A stretch of 64,000 nt of DNA from Candidatus Norongarragalinales archaeon (GCA_038884755.1 JAWABJ010000001.1:224001-288000); one strand, 5' to 3'. Positions 9,868-19,969 are shown, numbered from the stretch's first letter. Numbers and translations: made by a program. The notes: generated from the sequence alone by a model not told the origin.

Positions 9868-11799
9868 ATGGAGAACGGAATCCACAAGGAAAACAATGGC
9901 GTGAAGGGAAACAACCTAAAGGAATTGCACGAGGCCGTTTCCTCCCTGTTGCCGCACGATTGCGAGCTTACGAAAATAGAGTTCGAAGGCCCCCAGCTTG
10001 TACTCTATTTAAAGAACATCCGCTCGTTCTACAACGACGACAATCTCATTACGAAAATAGCCGCGAAAATACGCAAGAAAATCCTGTTGCGGTGTGATTC
10101 GACGCAGTTGATTCCCGAAGAGCAGGCGCTTGAGCAGGTGAAAAAGCTAATTCCTGCAGACGCGGGAGTCAAGGAAGTGCGCTTCGACCCGCATTTCAAC
10201 GAAGTTTGGATAGAAGCGTTGAAGCCGGGCTTGGTGATAGGCAAGGAAGGAAGCGTTTTGAAAAGCATTCTGGTAAACACGGGCTGGAGCCCGCGCGTCT
10301 TGCGCGCCCCGACGAGCCCGAGCGAAATCGAGCGGGGCATCCGCAACGCGCTTCTTTCGAATTCGGAATACCGTAAAAAGTTTTTGGTTGGCTTGGGCAA
10401 GAAAATGATAGAGCCGCCCACTGCAACCGACTGGATTAAGATTACGGCTTTGGGCGCGTTCAGGGAAGTGGGGAGAAGCTGCATTCTTTTGCAAACTCCG
10501 AAAAGCAACATTCTGCTGGATTGCGGGATAAACCCCGACACTTTCGACCCCACGCGGGCGTATCCCTACTTGAATGCGATGAACTTGACTTTCGAGCAGC
10601 TCGACGCGGTGATACTTTCGCACGCGCACATGGACCACTGTGCTTTCATTCCCTACTTGTACGCTTACGGCTACGAAGGACCGGTATACTGCACTCCCCC
10701 GACTCGCGACTTGATGGTTTTGCTTCAGCAGGACGGCTTGAACGTCATGCAGTCCAACGGCTCGACGCCGCCTTACGGCGAGAAGGACATCAAGAAACAA
10801 TTGAACCACGTGATTACGCGCGATTACGGCGAGGTTACCGATGTTACGCCCGACGTGCGCTTCACTTTCTACAACGCCGGGCACATTCTCGGTTCTGCGC
10901 AAGTGCACTTGCACATAGGCGAAGGGCTTCACAACCTCGTTTATTCTGCAGATGTAAAGTTCGGGCGCACCAACTTGTTCGAGCCTGCCGACACGCGCTT
11001 TCCGCGTGCGGAAACCTTGATTTTGGAGAGCACTTACGGGGGGAGGGATAATTTGCTTCCCCGCGCTGAAGACAGCGAAGCGAGGCTCGTGCAGGTAATA
11101 CGCGAGACCATCGCGAAGCGCGGCAAGGTCTTGATTCCCGTTTTTGCGGTGGGAAGGGCGCAGGAAATAATGCTCGTGCTGGAAAGCCGCATGCAGCCGG
11201 ATGAGTGCGTGGTGTATCTTGACGGCATGAGCAAGGAAGCTAGCGCGATTCACACGGTATACCCTGAATATTTGAAGAAGAACGTGCAACGCCGCATTCT
11301 GCAGAACAATTCGCCTTTCGATTCGTCGATGTTCAAGCACGTGATTTCGAAAGAGCGCAAGGCGATAATCGAGAGCGACGAGCCTTGCGTGATTCTCGCG
11401 CCGAGCGGAATGCTTACGGGCGGTACATCGCTCGAGTTTTTGAGGCAGTTGGCGCACGACGAGCGCAACACGCTCATTTTCGTGGGATACCAAAGCGCCC
11501 TGTCGCTGGGACGGAAAATCCAGAACGGTATTAAAGAGCTTCCGGTTCCGAGCAGCGCGTCAGGAAAGACCGAGGTCGTGAAAATCAATTTGCGCGTGGA
11601 GACGGTTGAAGGTTTCAGTGGGCACAGCGACCGGTCGCAATTGCTAGCGTACGCGCGAAGCTTGCGCCCCAAGCCCTCTCGCATTTTCACCAACCACGGG
11701 GACGAGGCGCGAACGGAAGATTTGGCGCGCACGCTAAACAGGATGCTGCACGTGGAAACACGCGCGCCCATGGACTTGGATTCTATCCGGCTGCACTAA
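9868..11799 (+). CDS. fttA: beta-CASP ribonuclease aCPSF1 (FttA) with N-terminal KH domains
   Basis: IEFEGP, KPGLVIGK, EVGRSC, SHAHMDH, AGHILGS, ESTYG, GFSGHSD; conserved position after psmB. Confidence 0.95.
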   Translation: MENGIHKENNGVKGNNLKELHEAVSSLLPHDCELTKIEFEGPQLVLYLKNIRSFYNDDNLITKIAAKIRKKILLRCDSTQLIPEEQALEQVKKLIPADAGVKEVRFDPHFNEVWIEALKPGLVIGKEGSVLKSILVNTGWSPRVLRAPTSPSEIERGIRNALLSNSEYRKKFLVGLGKKMIEPPTATDWIKITALGAFREVGRSCILLQTPKSNILLDCGINPDTFDPTRAYPYLNAMNLTFEQLDAVILSHAHMDHCAFIPYLYAYGYEGPVYCTPPTRDLMVLLQQDGLNVMQSNGSTPPYGEKDIKKQLNHVITRDYGEVTDVTPDVRFTFYNAGHILGSAQVHLHIGEGLHNLVYSADVKFGRTNLFEPADTRFPRAETLILESTYGGRDNLLPRAEDSEARLVQVIRETIAKRGKVLIPVFAVGRAQEIMLVLESRMQPDECVVYLDGMSKEASAIHTVYPEYLKKNVQRRILQNNSPFDSSMFKHVISKERKAIIESDEPCVILAPSGMLTGGTSLEFLRQLAHDERNTLIFVGYQSALSLGRKIQNGIKELPVPSSASGKTEVVKINLRVETVEGFSGHSDRSQLLAYARSLRPKPSRIFTNHGDEARTEDLARTLNRMLHVETRAPMDLDSIRLH

Positions 11800-11827
11800 A
11801 TTTTTTTGGTGGGAGGGGAAAGCGTAA

Positions 11828-12361
11828 ATGCGCCTTTTGATTACCGGCGTTCCGGGTTGCGGAAAGACGGTTTTGGCCGGCAAGATTTCCAGACTCCTCA
11901 AAGCGAAGCTCGTTGATGTGAACGCCGTTGTCGTGGAAAACGGGATTTACTCGAAGGGAAGGCGCGGGGAGAAGCTCGTCGACTTGAAAAAACTTGGACG
12001 AATCCTGAAAACACTTTTGAAAAGGGAAAAAAACGTGGTAGTGGAGTCGCACTTGCTTTGCGAATTGAAGCTGGATTGCGACAAAATAGTGGTTTTGAGG
12101 TGCAACCCGCTGGTTTTGAAAAAACGCCTTGAAAAAAGAGGGTACCCTGGTTGGAAGGTGAAGGAAAACATTATTGCCGAAATGCTTGACTACTGCAGCA
12201 TCAAGGCAGAGGGCAATTACCCCGCAAGCAGGGTTTTGGAAGTTGATTTCACCAAGCCAGTTGACGCCCGCAAGGTTTTGGGAAAGGCAAAAAGCGACAA
12301 GGTGGATTGGATGCGTGAGTTCGCCAGGATTGGAACAGCGGTAAAAGGCTTTTTGAATTAG
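11828..12361 (+). CDS. Adenylate kinase AK6/Fap7 family
   Basis: ITGVPGCGKT, VVESH, VLRCNP..LKKRLEKRGY..KVKEN..AE. Confidence 0.9.
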   Translation: MRLLITGVPGCGKTVLAGKISRLLKAKLVDVNAVVVENGIYSKGRRGEKLVDLKKLGRILKTLLKREKNVVVESHLLCELKLDCDKIVVLRCNPLVLKKRLEKRGYPGWKVKENIIAEMLDYCSIKAEGNYPASRVLEVDFTKPVDARKVLGKAKSDKVDWMREFARIGTAVKGFLN

Positions 12362-12455
12362 GGCGGGCGTCGTTGAAAAAAGGTTTAAAAACGTTTGTTG
12401 GTTATTAATGCAGTTCGTTTTTTTCAACCCGAGTGCATTGAGGTGAACGGTTAAA

Positions 12456-12551
12456 ATGCAGTTTTTGAAAATGCAGGACGAAGATTGGGACGAAGAGGAA
12501 GAGTGGGATGAGGACGAGTGGGAGGAAGACGACGAAGACGAGCACGAGTAA
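12456..12551 (+). CDS. Extremely acidic Trp-punctuated micropeptide (31 aa)
   Basis: MQFLKMQDEDWDEEEEWDEDEWEEDDEDEHE; GAGGTGA RBS upstream. Confidence 0.55.
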   Translation: MQFLKMQDEDWDEEEEWDEDEWEEDDEDEHE

Positions 12552-12606
12552 GGCGCGCATTACGCTTTCAAGTTCTGCGGGGGTTTTCTTCCCGCGCTCT
12601 TTTTTT

Positions 12607-13203
12607 TCACCTTTTTGGGCTTGCAGAAACGAGCTGCAGGGTTATCGCGTCGGTGGGAATCGCTTTGCTCTTGTCGAAACCCAGTTTTTTGAAGAGTATT
12701 TCCAGGGTTTTTTCCTGCGCCTCTCGCGCTCGGTCGATTTTGGTTTCCGGAAGCGCGAATTCGATCATGCTCCCGAAATTCTTTACGTCCAAAACCTTGA
12801 TGCGCACTATGCCGAAGGTGAAGTTCCACTCTTGCGCTTCTCGCGCTAGGACTTCCCGGTATCCCAGTTTTTCCAGCTGTTCGGCCATGGAATAGCTGCT
12901 TTGAACCTCGAAGCCGAGCCTGTCCTCCTCCTGGAGCATGTACCCGTCGAACGAAAGGGTTTCTTTCTGCGTGAGCTTTTCAGTCCGCACGATGAAATAC
13001 GCGAATACCCCGTTTCCGTATTCCTTCGCGTGGATTATGTCGAAATACTCGCCGCCGTTGGCGAAAACGGCCTTGTTTTTCTTGAGCTCGTAAACAGTTT
13101 TTTCGGCGTCTTTGACCGGAAAAACCATGCGCACTTCAGGAAGCTTCCACTTTAGCTCGTGCATCTTCCGTTTTTTGGGAAACAGGAAATCGAAGAATCC
13201 CAT
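12607..13203 (-). CDS. CYTH/class IV adenylate cyclase-like protein (divergent)
   Basis: EVRMVF, LEKLGYREV, LDVKNFGSMIEF, LFKKLGF pattern of the CYTH tunnel fold; catalytic residues degenerate. Confidence 0.55.
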   Translation of the reverse strand: MGFFDFLFPKKRKMHELKWKLPEVRMVFPVKDAEKTVYELKKNKAVFANGGEYFDIIHAKEYGNGVFAYFIVRTEKLTQKETLSFDGYMLQEEDRLGFEVQSSYSMAEQLEKLGYREVLAREAQEWNFTFGIVRIKVLDVKNFGSMIEFALPETKIDRAREAQEKTLEILFKKLGFDKSKAIPTDAITLQLVSASPKR

Positions 13204-13212
13204 GCTTTTCGT

Positions 13213-16200
13213 TCACTCTTCTTGCTTGTTTCTCAAGAAGAAAGCCGCGAGTGCTATTAAGACTAACGCTCCGCCTGCGCCCAGCAGCAGGGCGTTGTAG
13301 TTTTCCTTCCCCCTGTTTTTTTCCGTAGAGTCGAAGATGGAGTTAAGCCTTTTCGCGGCAAACCACGCGGTGAACGCTTTTCCGTTTTCTTCGTCTTCCT
13401 TTGCTTGGTTCAGCGCCGAGAGGGTTTCGTCGGTTCCGAACTGCCTTTGCTTGAGTTCGGCGTTGGAAACCTCTTCCCGCGCTTTTTGTTTTTGTTGTGC
13501 GGTTGCTTCCTCCAAAACCTCGAGTTTCGCTTGCACTCGTTCGGCCAAGGCTTGCAGGCGGGACTGTGTTTCGGCTTTTTCCACGGCTTTCAAGAGCTTT
13601 TCGATTTCCGACTTCGCCTTCTTGCCTTCCTGATGCAAGACGTTTTTCTGGAGTTCTTTCGCGTTTTCCTCGCTTGGGGAAAACGCGGTTTCGAACTCGC
13701 TGAATGCAGAAAGCGCCTTGTCCCGCAAAACGCCGAATTCTTCGAACTCTTCACTCAGCCTCCGCCTCTCCTCGTTTTTTTCTGAGGCGGCTATTGCCGC
13801 TTTTTCCAGCTCTTCAGCCGCTTTCTGCAAGTCCCCAAGCAAAAGGAATTTTTTCGCTTGCTCAACGCACTCTCTGCAGCTTTTCTCCAGCCTCTCGATT
13901 TCAGCGCCGATTCTTTCCTCTTCTCCGACGTCAATGTTTTTTTGCAGCGCGCTTTCTTCCAGGCTTCGAAAGCCGGGTTGCGGGGCAATGCAGCCAAGCA
14001 CGACCACGGTTTTTTTCGTTTCGAAAAGCCCGAGTTTTTCCCCGGTTATTTCAACTGCAAGAATCCCGTCCAAGACTTTTACTTTTGCTTTCAGGCTGCC
14101 GGAAACCGAAACCCCGCCGTCGCATGCTTCGAAAGCGATTTCCTCGTTGAAATTTTCCAAGGCAACGTGCTTGCTTTCGACCGAGATTTCGATTTCGGTC
14201 AAGTTGCCGGCGAGTCTGAAGTTTTCCTCGATTCGGACGGGGTGTGGAACGGCGTATTCAATTTCAAGCGCGTTTTCCCCTTTTTTCGCTTGCGCGAGAA
14301 TCCTTATTTGCGATAAATTCCCGTTCGTGAAAAAAACCGCGTTTGCGCCGCTTGCGCGCGCGAATTCGATTGGAAACTGTTTTTCCAAAACCAATAGCGT
14401 TTCGGTGTCGCGAGTAGCAGTGAAGAGGATTTTTTCCTCGACAAGCGCTTCGAGCGAATTGGAGTGCACTGTTTTCGCCTGCGTTTTTGCTATTTCCACG
14501 ATTTTTTCCAGGGTTTCGTACTCCAGGAAGTATTCCGCGTTTTCCTCCGTTTTTTCCAGGAAAACGTTTTTTGCAATTGACATTTCCGGGCTTTTCCGCA
14601 GGACGACCGCCCCGCCGGGGATTTCAAAGTCAAGCTTGATTTGCCTTTCGGTTGACAGCGGCAATAGGTTTTTCATGGTTATTGAATGGCGGACCCGCGT
14701 TTTCTCCCCTGCTACGGGCAGTTCGGCGTCACGCCCTACCTTCGCTTGCTCTTGCAAGTGTTTCTTGAGGATTTCGGGAGTTTTCGCTTCCGCGAGCGAA
14801 AGCAGGTCGTATAACCGGAATTCAATTCCCGCGAGCCTTCCGGCGGCTTTCTCGAAGTCGATTTTCCCGAAGGGAAACATGCTTTTGATTTCCAAAAGCC
14901 TCGAGTGCGCGCCTTCGCCCAAGTGCGGGGCGATTGAAGAAATTTTTTCGTAATTCCCGTCGATTGCGGAATAGCGTTCGTAGAGTTTCGCCAAAACCTT
15001 TTCCTTCAGCCCGTCTAATTGCGCTTCCAAAAAAATTCCTTGTTCTCCGCCGGCGTTTTCCATGGAGAGCTCGATTTCCTTGAGTTTTTCCCCTTCGGCT
15101 TCGAACACGGCGTCCTTCTTTGCGCGCGAAACGAGTTCCTTAAGCTCTTCCAGCTTGGTTTGGAGGGTAAATTTGAACGCCTGGCTTGCGGGGGTTTCGG
15201 AAAGGATTTCCTGCGCCTTCTTGAGTTGGGTTATTGCGGAAACGTAGTACAAAATCCTTTCCCCTCGGGTGGAAATGCGCTGGGAGTCAAGGGTTTCGTG
15301 CAAAAGCTCACGGGCTTTTGCGGCTGAAAACGAATTCGCCCGTTCCATCATGCTTTCGGCAAGCGTTTTTTCCTGCAGGACTTTTTGCTTCAGCGTTTTT
15401 TCAAGGCTTTCGCTCCTTTCCGCCGCGTTTTCGAAGAGCCTCTGCTCTTCCTTCAGGCGCGTGTTGGCTTCGGCGAGCTTTTCTATCGCCCTGCTGGCGT
15501 AGCCTTCCTGCTTTCCGTTCCAGTCCGCCCGCGCCTGCTGGCTTTTTTCTGTCGCCATCCTGTCGCTCTCTACCGCCTTCTCGAAATCGCTTTCGAAAGA
15601 CTCGAGTGAGTTTTCGCTGCTCACGCTTTCCGCTTCCCCTACGAGGTGAAAGGCGTTTTCCCCTATTTCCCTGATTTTCTCTCCTTCCAGAAAATCCCGC
15701 TGCAGCTTTACCTTGATTTTCAGAAGCTGGTTTTCCTCGTCGAGCCTCTGGTATTCCCTTTCAAGAAGGAAAACCGCTTGCAAAACCCTGTCGTCCAAAG
15801 CGATTTCCTTTCCCCACAGCCCTTCCCTTCCCACGAGCGCTTCAACTCCCTTCACCATTTCCCCCGAAGAAAGTGTTTGGTTGACGAGTGGGATGGTTTT
15901 GGAAAACTCGCTTCCGAACCCTTTGCCTAGGGGATTCCGTTCTTCAATGTTTTTCTTCGCTTCGCCCAGTTCCGAGACGACTCCGCCTGCAAAACCTTGG
16001 AAGCCCGGGCCTATCATGAGCTCGAGTTTTGCAGCGTCGGAGTCTATGATGCTGAGGCCTTCCCGAGCGGCTTCGCTCGCTTCCCTCAACGCCTTTTGCC
16101 CGTAAAGAAAACAGTAAGTGGAATGGTGTCGGTATGCCGCGAGCGTGGCTTTGTTCAAGAATTTCGGCTGCAGCGCCGCGTGCGCTTTTGCCTTTTGCAA

Positions 16201-16425
16201 GTCGCGCGAAGCTTGCGCCGCTTTGGCAAAGGCGAAGTCGCTGCGCGCGTTTTCCGCCAACGCCGTTTTCGCGGCCAGAAAGCCGGCGCAGCTTTTTGGG
16301 TAGAGCGAGTAGTAAGAGAAGGAAAGGTTTTTCGGCTCTAGGAGAAAGCCGTATTCGGAAAGCGCCCAAGCGGGGAGCGCGTTGAGCAGGATAAGCAGCG
16401 AAGCAACGGCGAGCTTTCGAAGCAC
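13213..16425 (-). CDS. Large exported coiled-coil protein with C-terminal membrane anchor
   Basis: N-terminal signal peptide (LAVASLLILLNALPAWA), helical-beta-helical organisation, C-terminal TM (ALLLGAGGALVLIALAAFFL). Confidence 0.75.
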   Translation of the reverse strand: MLRKLAVASLLILLNALPAWALSEYGFLLEPKNLSFSYYSLYPKSCAGFLAAKTALAENARSDFAFAKAAQASRDLQKAKAHAALQPKFLNKATLAAYRHHSTYCFLYGQKALREASEAAREGLSIIDSDAAKLELMIGPGFQGFAGGVVSELGEAKKNIEERNPLGKGFGSEFSKTIPLVNQTLSSGEMVKGVEALVGREGLWGKEIALDDRVLQAVFLLEREYQRLDEENQLLKIKVKLQRDFLEGEKIREIGENAFHLVGEAESVSSENSLESFESDFEKAVESDRMATEKSQQARADWNGKQEGYASRAIEKLAEANTRLKEEQRLFENAAERSESLEKTLKQKVLQEKTLAESMMERANSFSAAKARELLHETLDSQRISTRGERILYYVSAITQLKKAQEILSETPASQAFKFTLQTKLEELKELVSRAKKDAVFEAEGEKLKEIELSMENAGGEQGIFLEAQLDGLKEKVLAKLYERYSAIDGNYEKISSIAPHLGEGAHSRLLEIKSMFPFGKIDFEKAAGRLAGIEFRLYDLLSLAEAKTPEILKKHLQEQAKVGRDAELPVAGEKTRVRHSITMKNLLPLSTERQIKLDFEIPGGAVVLRKSPEMSIAKNVFLEKTEENAEYFLEYETLEKIVEIAKTQAKTVHSNSLEALVEEKILFTATRDTETLLVLEKQFPIEFARASGANAVFFTNGNLSQIRILAQAKKGENALEIEYAVPHPVRIEENFRLAGNLTEIEISVESKHVALENFNEEIAFEACDGGVSVSGSLKAKVKVLDGILAVEITGEKLGLFETKKTVVVLGCIAPQPGFRSLEESALQKNIDVGEEERIGAEIERLEKSCRECVEQAKKFLLLGDLQKAAEELEKAAIAASEKNEERRRLSEEFEEFGVLRDKALSAFSEFETAFSPSEENAKELQKNVLHQEGKKAKSEIEKLLKAVEKAETQSRLQALAERVQAKLEVLEEATAQQKQKAREEVSNAELKQRQFGTDETLSALNQAKEDEENGKAFTAWFAAKRLNSIFDSTEKNRGKENYNALLLGAGGALVLIALAAFFLRNKQEE

Positions 16426-16494
16426 AGTTTTGGAAGTGCGGCGGGAATTAAATTGGATGGGTTTATTTTTCTTAAACTTCCAGTTTAATTTTTT

Positions 16495-17169
16495 TCAGCC
16501 GATTTGCCTGCACGCGCGGTCTTGGCACCCGTTTTCGCACGTGATGAGCTGGTGCGCCAGTCTTCCCTGCTGGTTGCAGTAGTACTCGCGGAGAAACATG
16601 CCTGCGCAAACGTCGTAAGCACTCTTGTACCCTTCCCTTACGATGCCTTTGAGAAACGGCTCGACCCCGCCGTCCGAGTCTTCGCACCCTTCAACCGCCG
16701 TCCTGGGCTCGAAGTCAGTATGCACTTTGGCGATGTTGTTGCGCTCTTCGCTTTCCTTTACTTTGTTGAAAAAGTCGGTTTTCAAGAGAAAACTTTTCCT
16801 GCCCTTGCGCGTGCATGTTATCGAAAACCTCACGTCGGCGCTCTCGCCAGGCAGCAGCTTTTCTATGAACGAGTTTTCCCTGCTTATCAGCTTGCAGTCC
16901 GCCCCCCACGCTACTGCCGACGCTTGCGACGCGTGGAAGTACGATGGAATAGTGTAAATGTAGGTGAAGAAGGAAAGAGCTTCCTTGTCGCCTTGGTTTT
17001 TGACTTTCGCGTAAACGAGAATCTCGCCCGTGCTCGAGGTTTTGAGGGTGACTTCGGCTTTTTCGAAAAGCAAGTCCGGCAAGGGCGTCACGGCGCCCGC
17101 CTGCCCTTCGGCGAAAACGGCGTTAGCCGCAGCCAAAGCGATTGCAACAGCGAAAATCCAGATTTTCAT
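16495..17169 (-). CDS. Secreted CARDB (Ig-like) domain protein with Cys-rich CxDSDGG module
   Basis: Signal peptide; PDL..VKNQG..VKESEERNN CARDB motif; CEDSDGG..LREYYC..CENGCQDRAC. Confidence 0.75.
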   Translation of the reverse strand: MKIWIFAVAIALAAANAVFAEGQAGAVTPLPDLLFEKAEVTLKTSSTGEILVYAKVKNQGDKEALSFFTYIYTIPSYFHASQASAVAWGADCKLISRENSFIEKLLPGESADVRFSITCTRKGRKSFLLKTDFFNKVKESEERNNIAKVHTDFEPRTAVEGCEDSDGGVEPFLKGIVREGYKSAYDVCAGMFLREYYCNQQGRLAHQLITCENGCQDRACRQIG

Positions 17170-17295
17170 TCCAACCCGCCTCCTGCATTCACTAACGTTG
17201 AAGGTTTTCGTGTTTATTATCCCTTACTGTTTTTTATATTCAGACGCGCTTTTTTGTTTTGGTCGTGTCCTGTTTCTGTTCAAGGTGGGTTTAAA

Positions 17296-17847
17296 GTGAG
17301 GGTGTTCAAGCACGGAGATGCTCTTGCAATAGTGTTTCCGCAAAGCATTGCAGGCGGCCTGAAGGAAGGCGATGAGCTGGAATTCGTGGAAATCGAGAAA
17401 GGGCTTTTCGCGCTGGCGAGCAAGGAAAAGATTTCCGAAGCCTTGAGGCCGAAAGTCGCGCATGGGCTTTCCGCAGTGCAGGCGAAAGGCGATTTGCAGG
17501 GGGGTTTGGGCGCTTTCTTCAAGCGCGAGCTCGAGTCGAAAGGGTTCGTGGTCGTATTCGCAGAGAAAGGCGCGCAGGCTGTTTCCGTTGATTTCGAAAA
17601 GGAAATCAAGAGCGGTTCTATAGTGGGCGGACGGGGTTTCGACAAGAAGTTTTACTTGGCGAAGAGGGAGTTTGCCGAGGAAAACTCGCCGAAAATCCTG
17701 AAGGCGCTCCACCCTTCCCCTTGCTCGGTGGAACAGCTGGTCGAGAAAACCAAGCTTTCCGAGGACGGGATTAAGGCGTTGCTTTGCATCCTCATGGAAG
17801 AGGGCGAAGTGATAGAAAAAAAGAAGGGCGTTTTTGCCGCAGCTTGA
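17296..17847 (+). CDS. AbrB/MazE-like N-terminal domain plus C-terminal winged-helix protein
   Basis: VRVFKHGDALAIVFP..LKEGDELEF; C-terminal SVEQLVEKTKLSEDGIKALL..EEGEVIEKKKGVF. Confidence 0.65.
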   Translation: MRVFKHGDALAIVFPQSIAGGLKEGDELEFVEIEKGLFALASKEKISEALRPKVAHGLSAVQAKGDLQGGLGAFFKRELESKGFVVVFAEKGAQAVSVDFEKEIKSGSIVGGRGFDKKFYLAKREFAEENSPKILKALHPSPCSVEQLVEKTKLSEDGIKALLCILMEEGEVIEKKKGVFAAA

Positions 17848-17853
17848 GCCGAA

Positions 17854-18012
17854 TTACCTTACGGCGATTTTGAGGATTATTTCCAAGAGTATTATCGCGA
17901 TTGAAAAACCGAGGACTACTTTCGCGTCGAGCCTTATTTTCGAGGAGGAAACGTCGTAAAAGCGCATTATTCCCGCGCTTGAAGTCGGAGCTTGAATCTT
18001 GTCGTCGGCCAT
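17854..18012 (-). CDS. secG: Preprotein translocase subunit Sec61beta (archaeal SecG)
   Basis: PTSSAGIMRFYD..KIRLDAKVV followed by one TM helix. Confidence 0.9.
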   Translation of the reverse strand: MADDKIQAPTSSAGIMRFYDVSSSKIRLDAKVVLGFSIAIILLEIILKIAVR

Positions 18013-18099
18013 GTGCGTTTCTCCCCTGCCGCGAAGGCTGGAATTCCGAGCGCCCACGCAAGCCAAATGATTTAAACCAACCGCAATTTAAATTTACTC

Positions 18100-19047
18100 A
18101 TGGCACGGTTCGTCGCGCAGGAAACCCCCCTCGAACAGCTCGAGCGGCTGGTTCCCAACATACTCATCCTCCTCATCCTAATCCTGGCTTTGCTTGTGGT
18201 GCTCACGAAGTTCGGGTGGGTGCACTGCACTCAAGTGCCTTTCTTCAATTGGTGCGACACTTACTGCACATACGTCGAGCAGGGAAAGTCGCGCGTGGGC
18301 GTTTTGTACGGGAGCGACGGCATGGGTGACCCGCAGGCGTTGAGGGCGCTTTTGGGACGCCAGCGGGGCTTTACGCTGGTAGAGCCGCTGGAGGGGACCG
18401 AGCTTTCGGCAGGAGTGCTGAAAAAATACGATTTGCTCGTGGTTGAAAAGTTCAAGACCGCTTCCACGCGGCAAGTGGACGCGATAATCGGGTATTTGGA
18501 TTCCGGCGGGACCGTGGTTTGGGTAGGCGATTCGTTTTCCAACCAGTACGCCGACGAGTTCGACTTGCTTTTGGCAAGGCAGAAAAACGAGTCTTTTCAC
18601 GCGCAGTTGCTTGAGTTCAACGTGACCAACGGTTCGCAAGCGTGGAACGAAGCGTGGAACGCGGCTAAAACCCAGTCTTGGTACAAGCTGTTGTACAACA
18701 AAACCAAGTTCAAAGGCTTTGACGTTTTGGAAGACTACCTGCGCGCGAGGTACAACGGAACGGTTGCGACGGACAACGCGTCGTTCAGGGTCGTCGACCC
18801 GTCGCACATGCTCGTGAAAGGGTTGTACAAGCAATACCCCTTGAGCGGGGTCAAGGAGTTCGCGAGGGTTTTTCCTGACGCGAGCGGCGTGAACATGCTC
18901 GCGCAAATCGTCACCCCGAAAGGCGTTTACCCTGCAGTCTTGGAAACGCGTTATTCCGGAAAGATCGTGTATATTGCGTTTCCGCTCGAGCAAGTGGATT
19001 CAACCACGTTTTTGGTGAATCTGCTCGACTACCTGGTGTCGTGCTGA
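18100..19047 (+). CDS. Membrane-anchored protein, class III signal peptide-like, flavodoxin/GATase-like domain
   Basis: RFVAQ-ETPLE then hydrophobic helix; LKKYDLLVV..YLDSGGTVVWVGD; paralog of the next gene. Confidence 0.65.
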   Translation: MARFVAQETPLEQLERLVPNILILLILILALLVVLTKFGWVHCTQVPFFNWCDTYCTYVEQGKSRVGVLYGSDGMGDPQALRALLGRQRGFTLVEPLEGTELSAGVLKKYDLLVVEKFKTASTRQVDAIIGYLDSGGTVVWVGDSFSNQYADEFDLLLARQKNESFHAQLLEFNVTNGSQAWNEAWNAAKTQSWYKLLYNKTKFKGFDVLEDYLRARYNGTVATDNASFRVVDPSHMLVKGLYKQYPLSGVKEFARVFPDASGVNMLAQIVTPKGVYPAVLETRYSGKIVYIAFPLEQVDSTTFLVNLLDYLVSC

Positions 19048-19141
19048 CGCCGAAAAAAAAGCGTTTTTAGTATAAACTGCGTCAGGGTGAAAAAAACCTT
19101 TATAAACTTCCCTTGACAGAGAAATGTAGGTGATGTTTTAA

Positions 19142-19969
19142 ATGGCTGGCAAAAGAGGGCAGCAGTCTTATGCTGAGAGCGTCATTCCGATTATCCTGAT
19201 CATAATTTTGGCTTTGTTTATCGCTGCAAAGCTCGGTTACATCGACTTGAGTTCGATGCCTCTCGTGGGAGGTTTGTTCCCTCAGTCGTACATCCGCATT
19301 GCCGTCGTGGGTTCGCCTTCTCCGCAGCTTAACGACTATTTGAGGAGCGAGCAGTACCGCCTTGCAGGCGTTTCTTACGCAGTTCCCATACGCCAAGAGG
19401 CGATTTACCCTGGCGTTTTGAAGAATTTTGACATAATCATTCTCCAGAACAGCCGCGTGTGCGACCGCACCGCGCGCAAGGAAATCACTAACGCCGTCAA
19501 GAGCGGCAAGAAGCTTTTGGTCATAGGCGACGCTTGCACTGCAGTTACGGACGACCCGACTGCAGCAGGCTGGAACGTCGGCATAGGCTTGCTGGGCGAC
19601 GTGATGCCCGTGGAATGGGGAGGAAACTTGTTCCACGAACGCGGGCAGACTCTCGTAACCGTGCGCCAGGGCAAGTTCCAAATCATCGACCAAGACCATC
19701 CGATTTTCAACGGAATCTTGAACCACGGCGTTTTTGAAGACACTTACACCAACGTCTATCCCAAGGCGAACTCGGGAGTGCTTGCGTTGGTTGAAGAGTT
19801 CGGCGGAAGGCCCACGAGCGCCGTGACCTACGCGATCGTTGAAAGCAAGGGAATGTTCACTTCTGGAAAGACGCTTTACTTCTCTTTCGACCCTTCAACC
19901 GTCAACCCGACCGGCCAGTACCACTTGCTTTTGAACACGCTCTTGTACTTGAAGGGCGCGAAGGGCTGA
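19142..19969 (+). CDS. Class III (pilin-type) signal peptide protein, paralog of upstream gene
   Basis: KRG|QQSYAE plus hydrophobic helix; LKNFDIIIL..VKSGKKLLVIGD; shared C-terminus LLNTLLYL / LVNLLDYL. Confidence 0.7.
   Translation: MAGKRGQQSYAESVIPIILIIILALFIAAKLGYIDLSSMPLVGGLFPQSYIRIAVVGSPSPQLNDYLRSEQYRLAGVSYAVPIRQEAIYPGVLKNFDIIILQNSRVCDRTARKEITNAVKSGKKLLVIGDACTAVTDDPTAAGWNVGIGLLGDVMPVEWGGNLFHERGQTLVTVRQGKFQIIDQDHPIFNGILNHGVFEDTYTNVYPKANSGVLALVEEFGGRPTSAVTYAIVESKGMFTSGKTLYFSFDPSTVNPTGQYHLLLNTLLYLKGAKG

Noticed and set aside
16504..17295. N-terminal 264 aa of the 447-aa ORF
   Set aside because: Overlaps the CARDB gene on the opposite strand. The true start is likely GTG at 17296.
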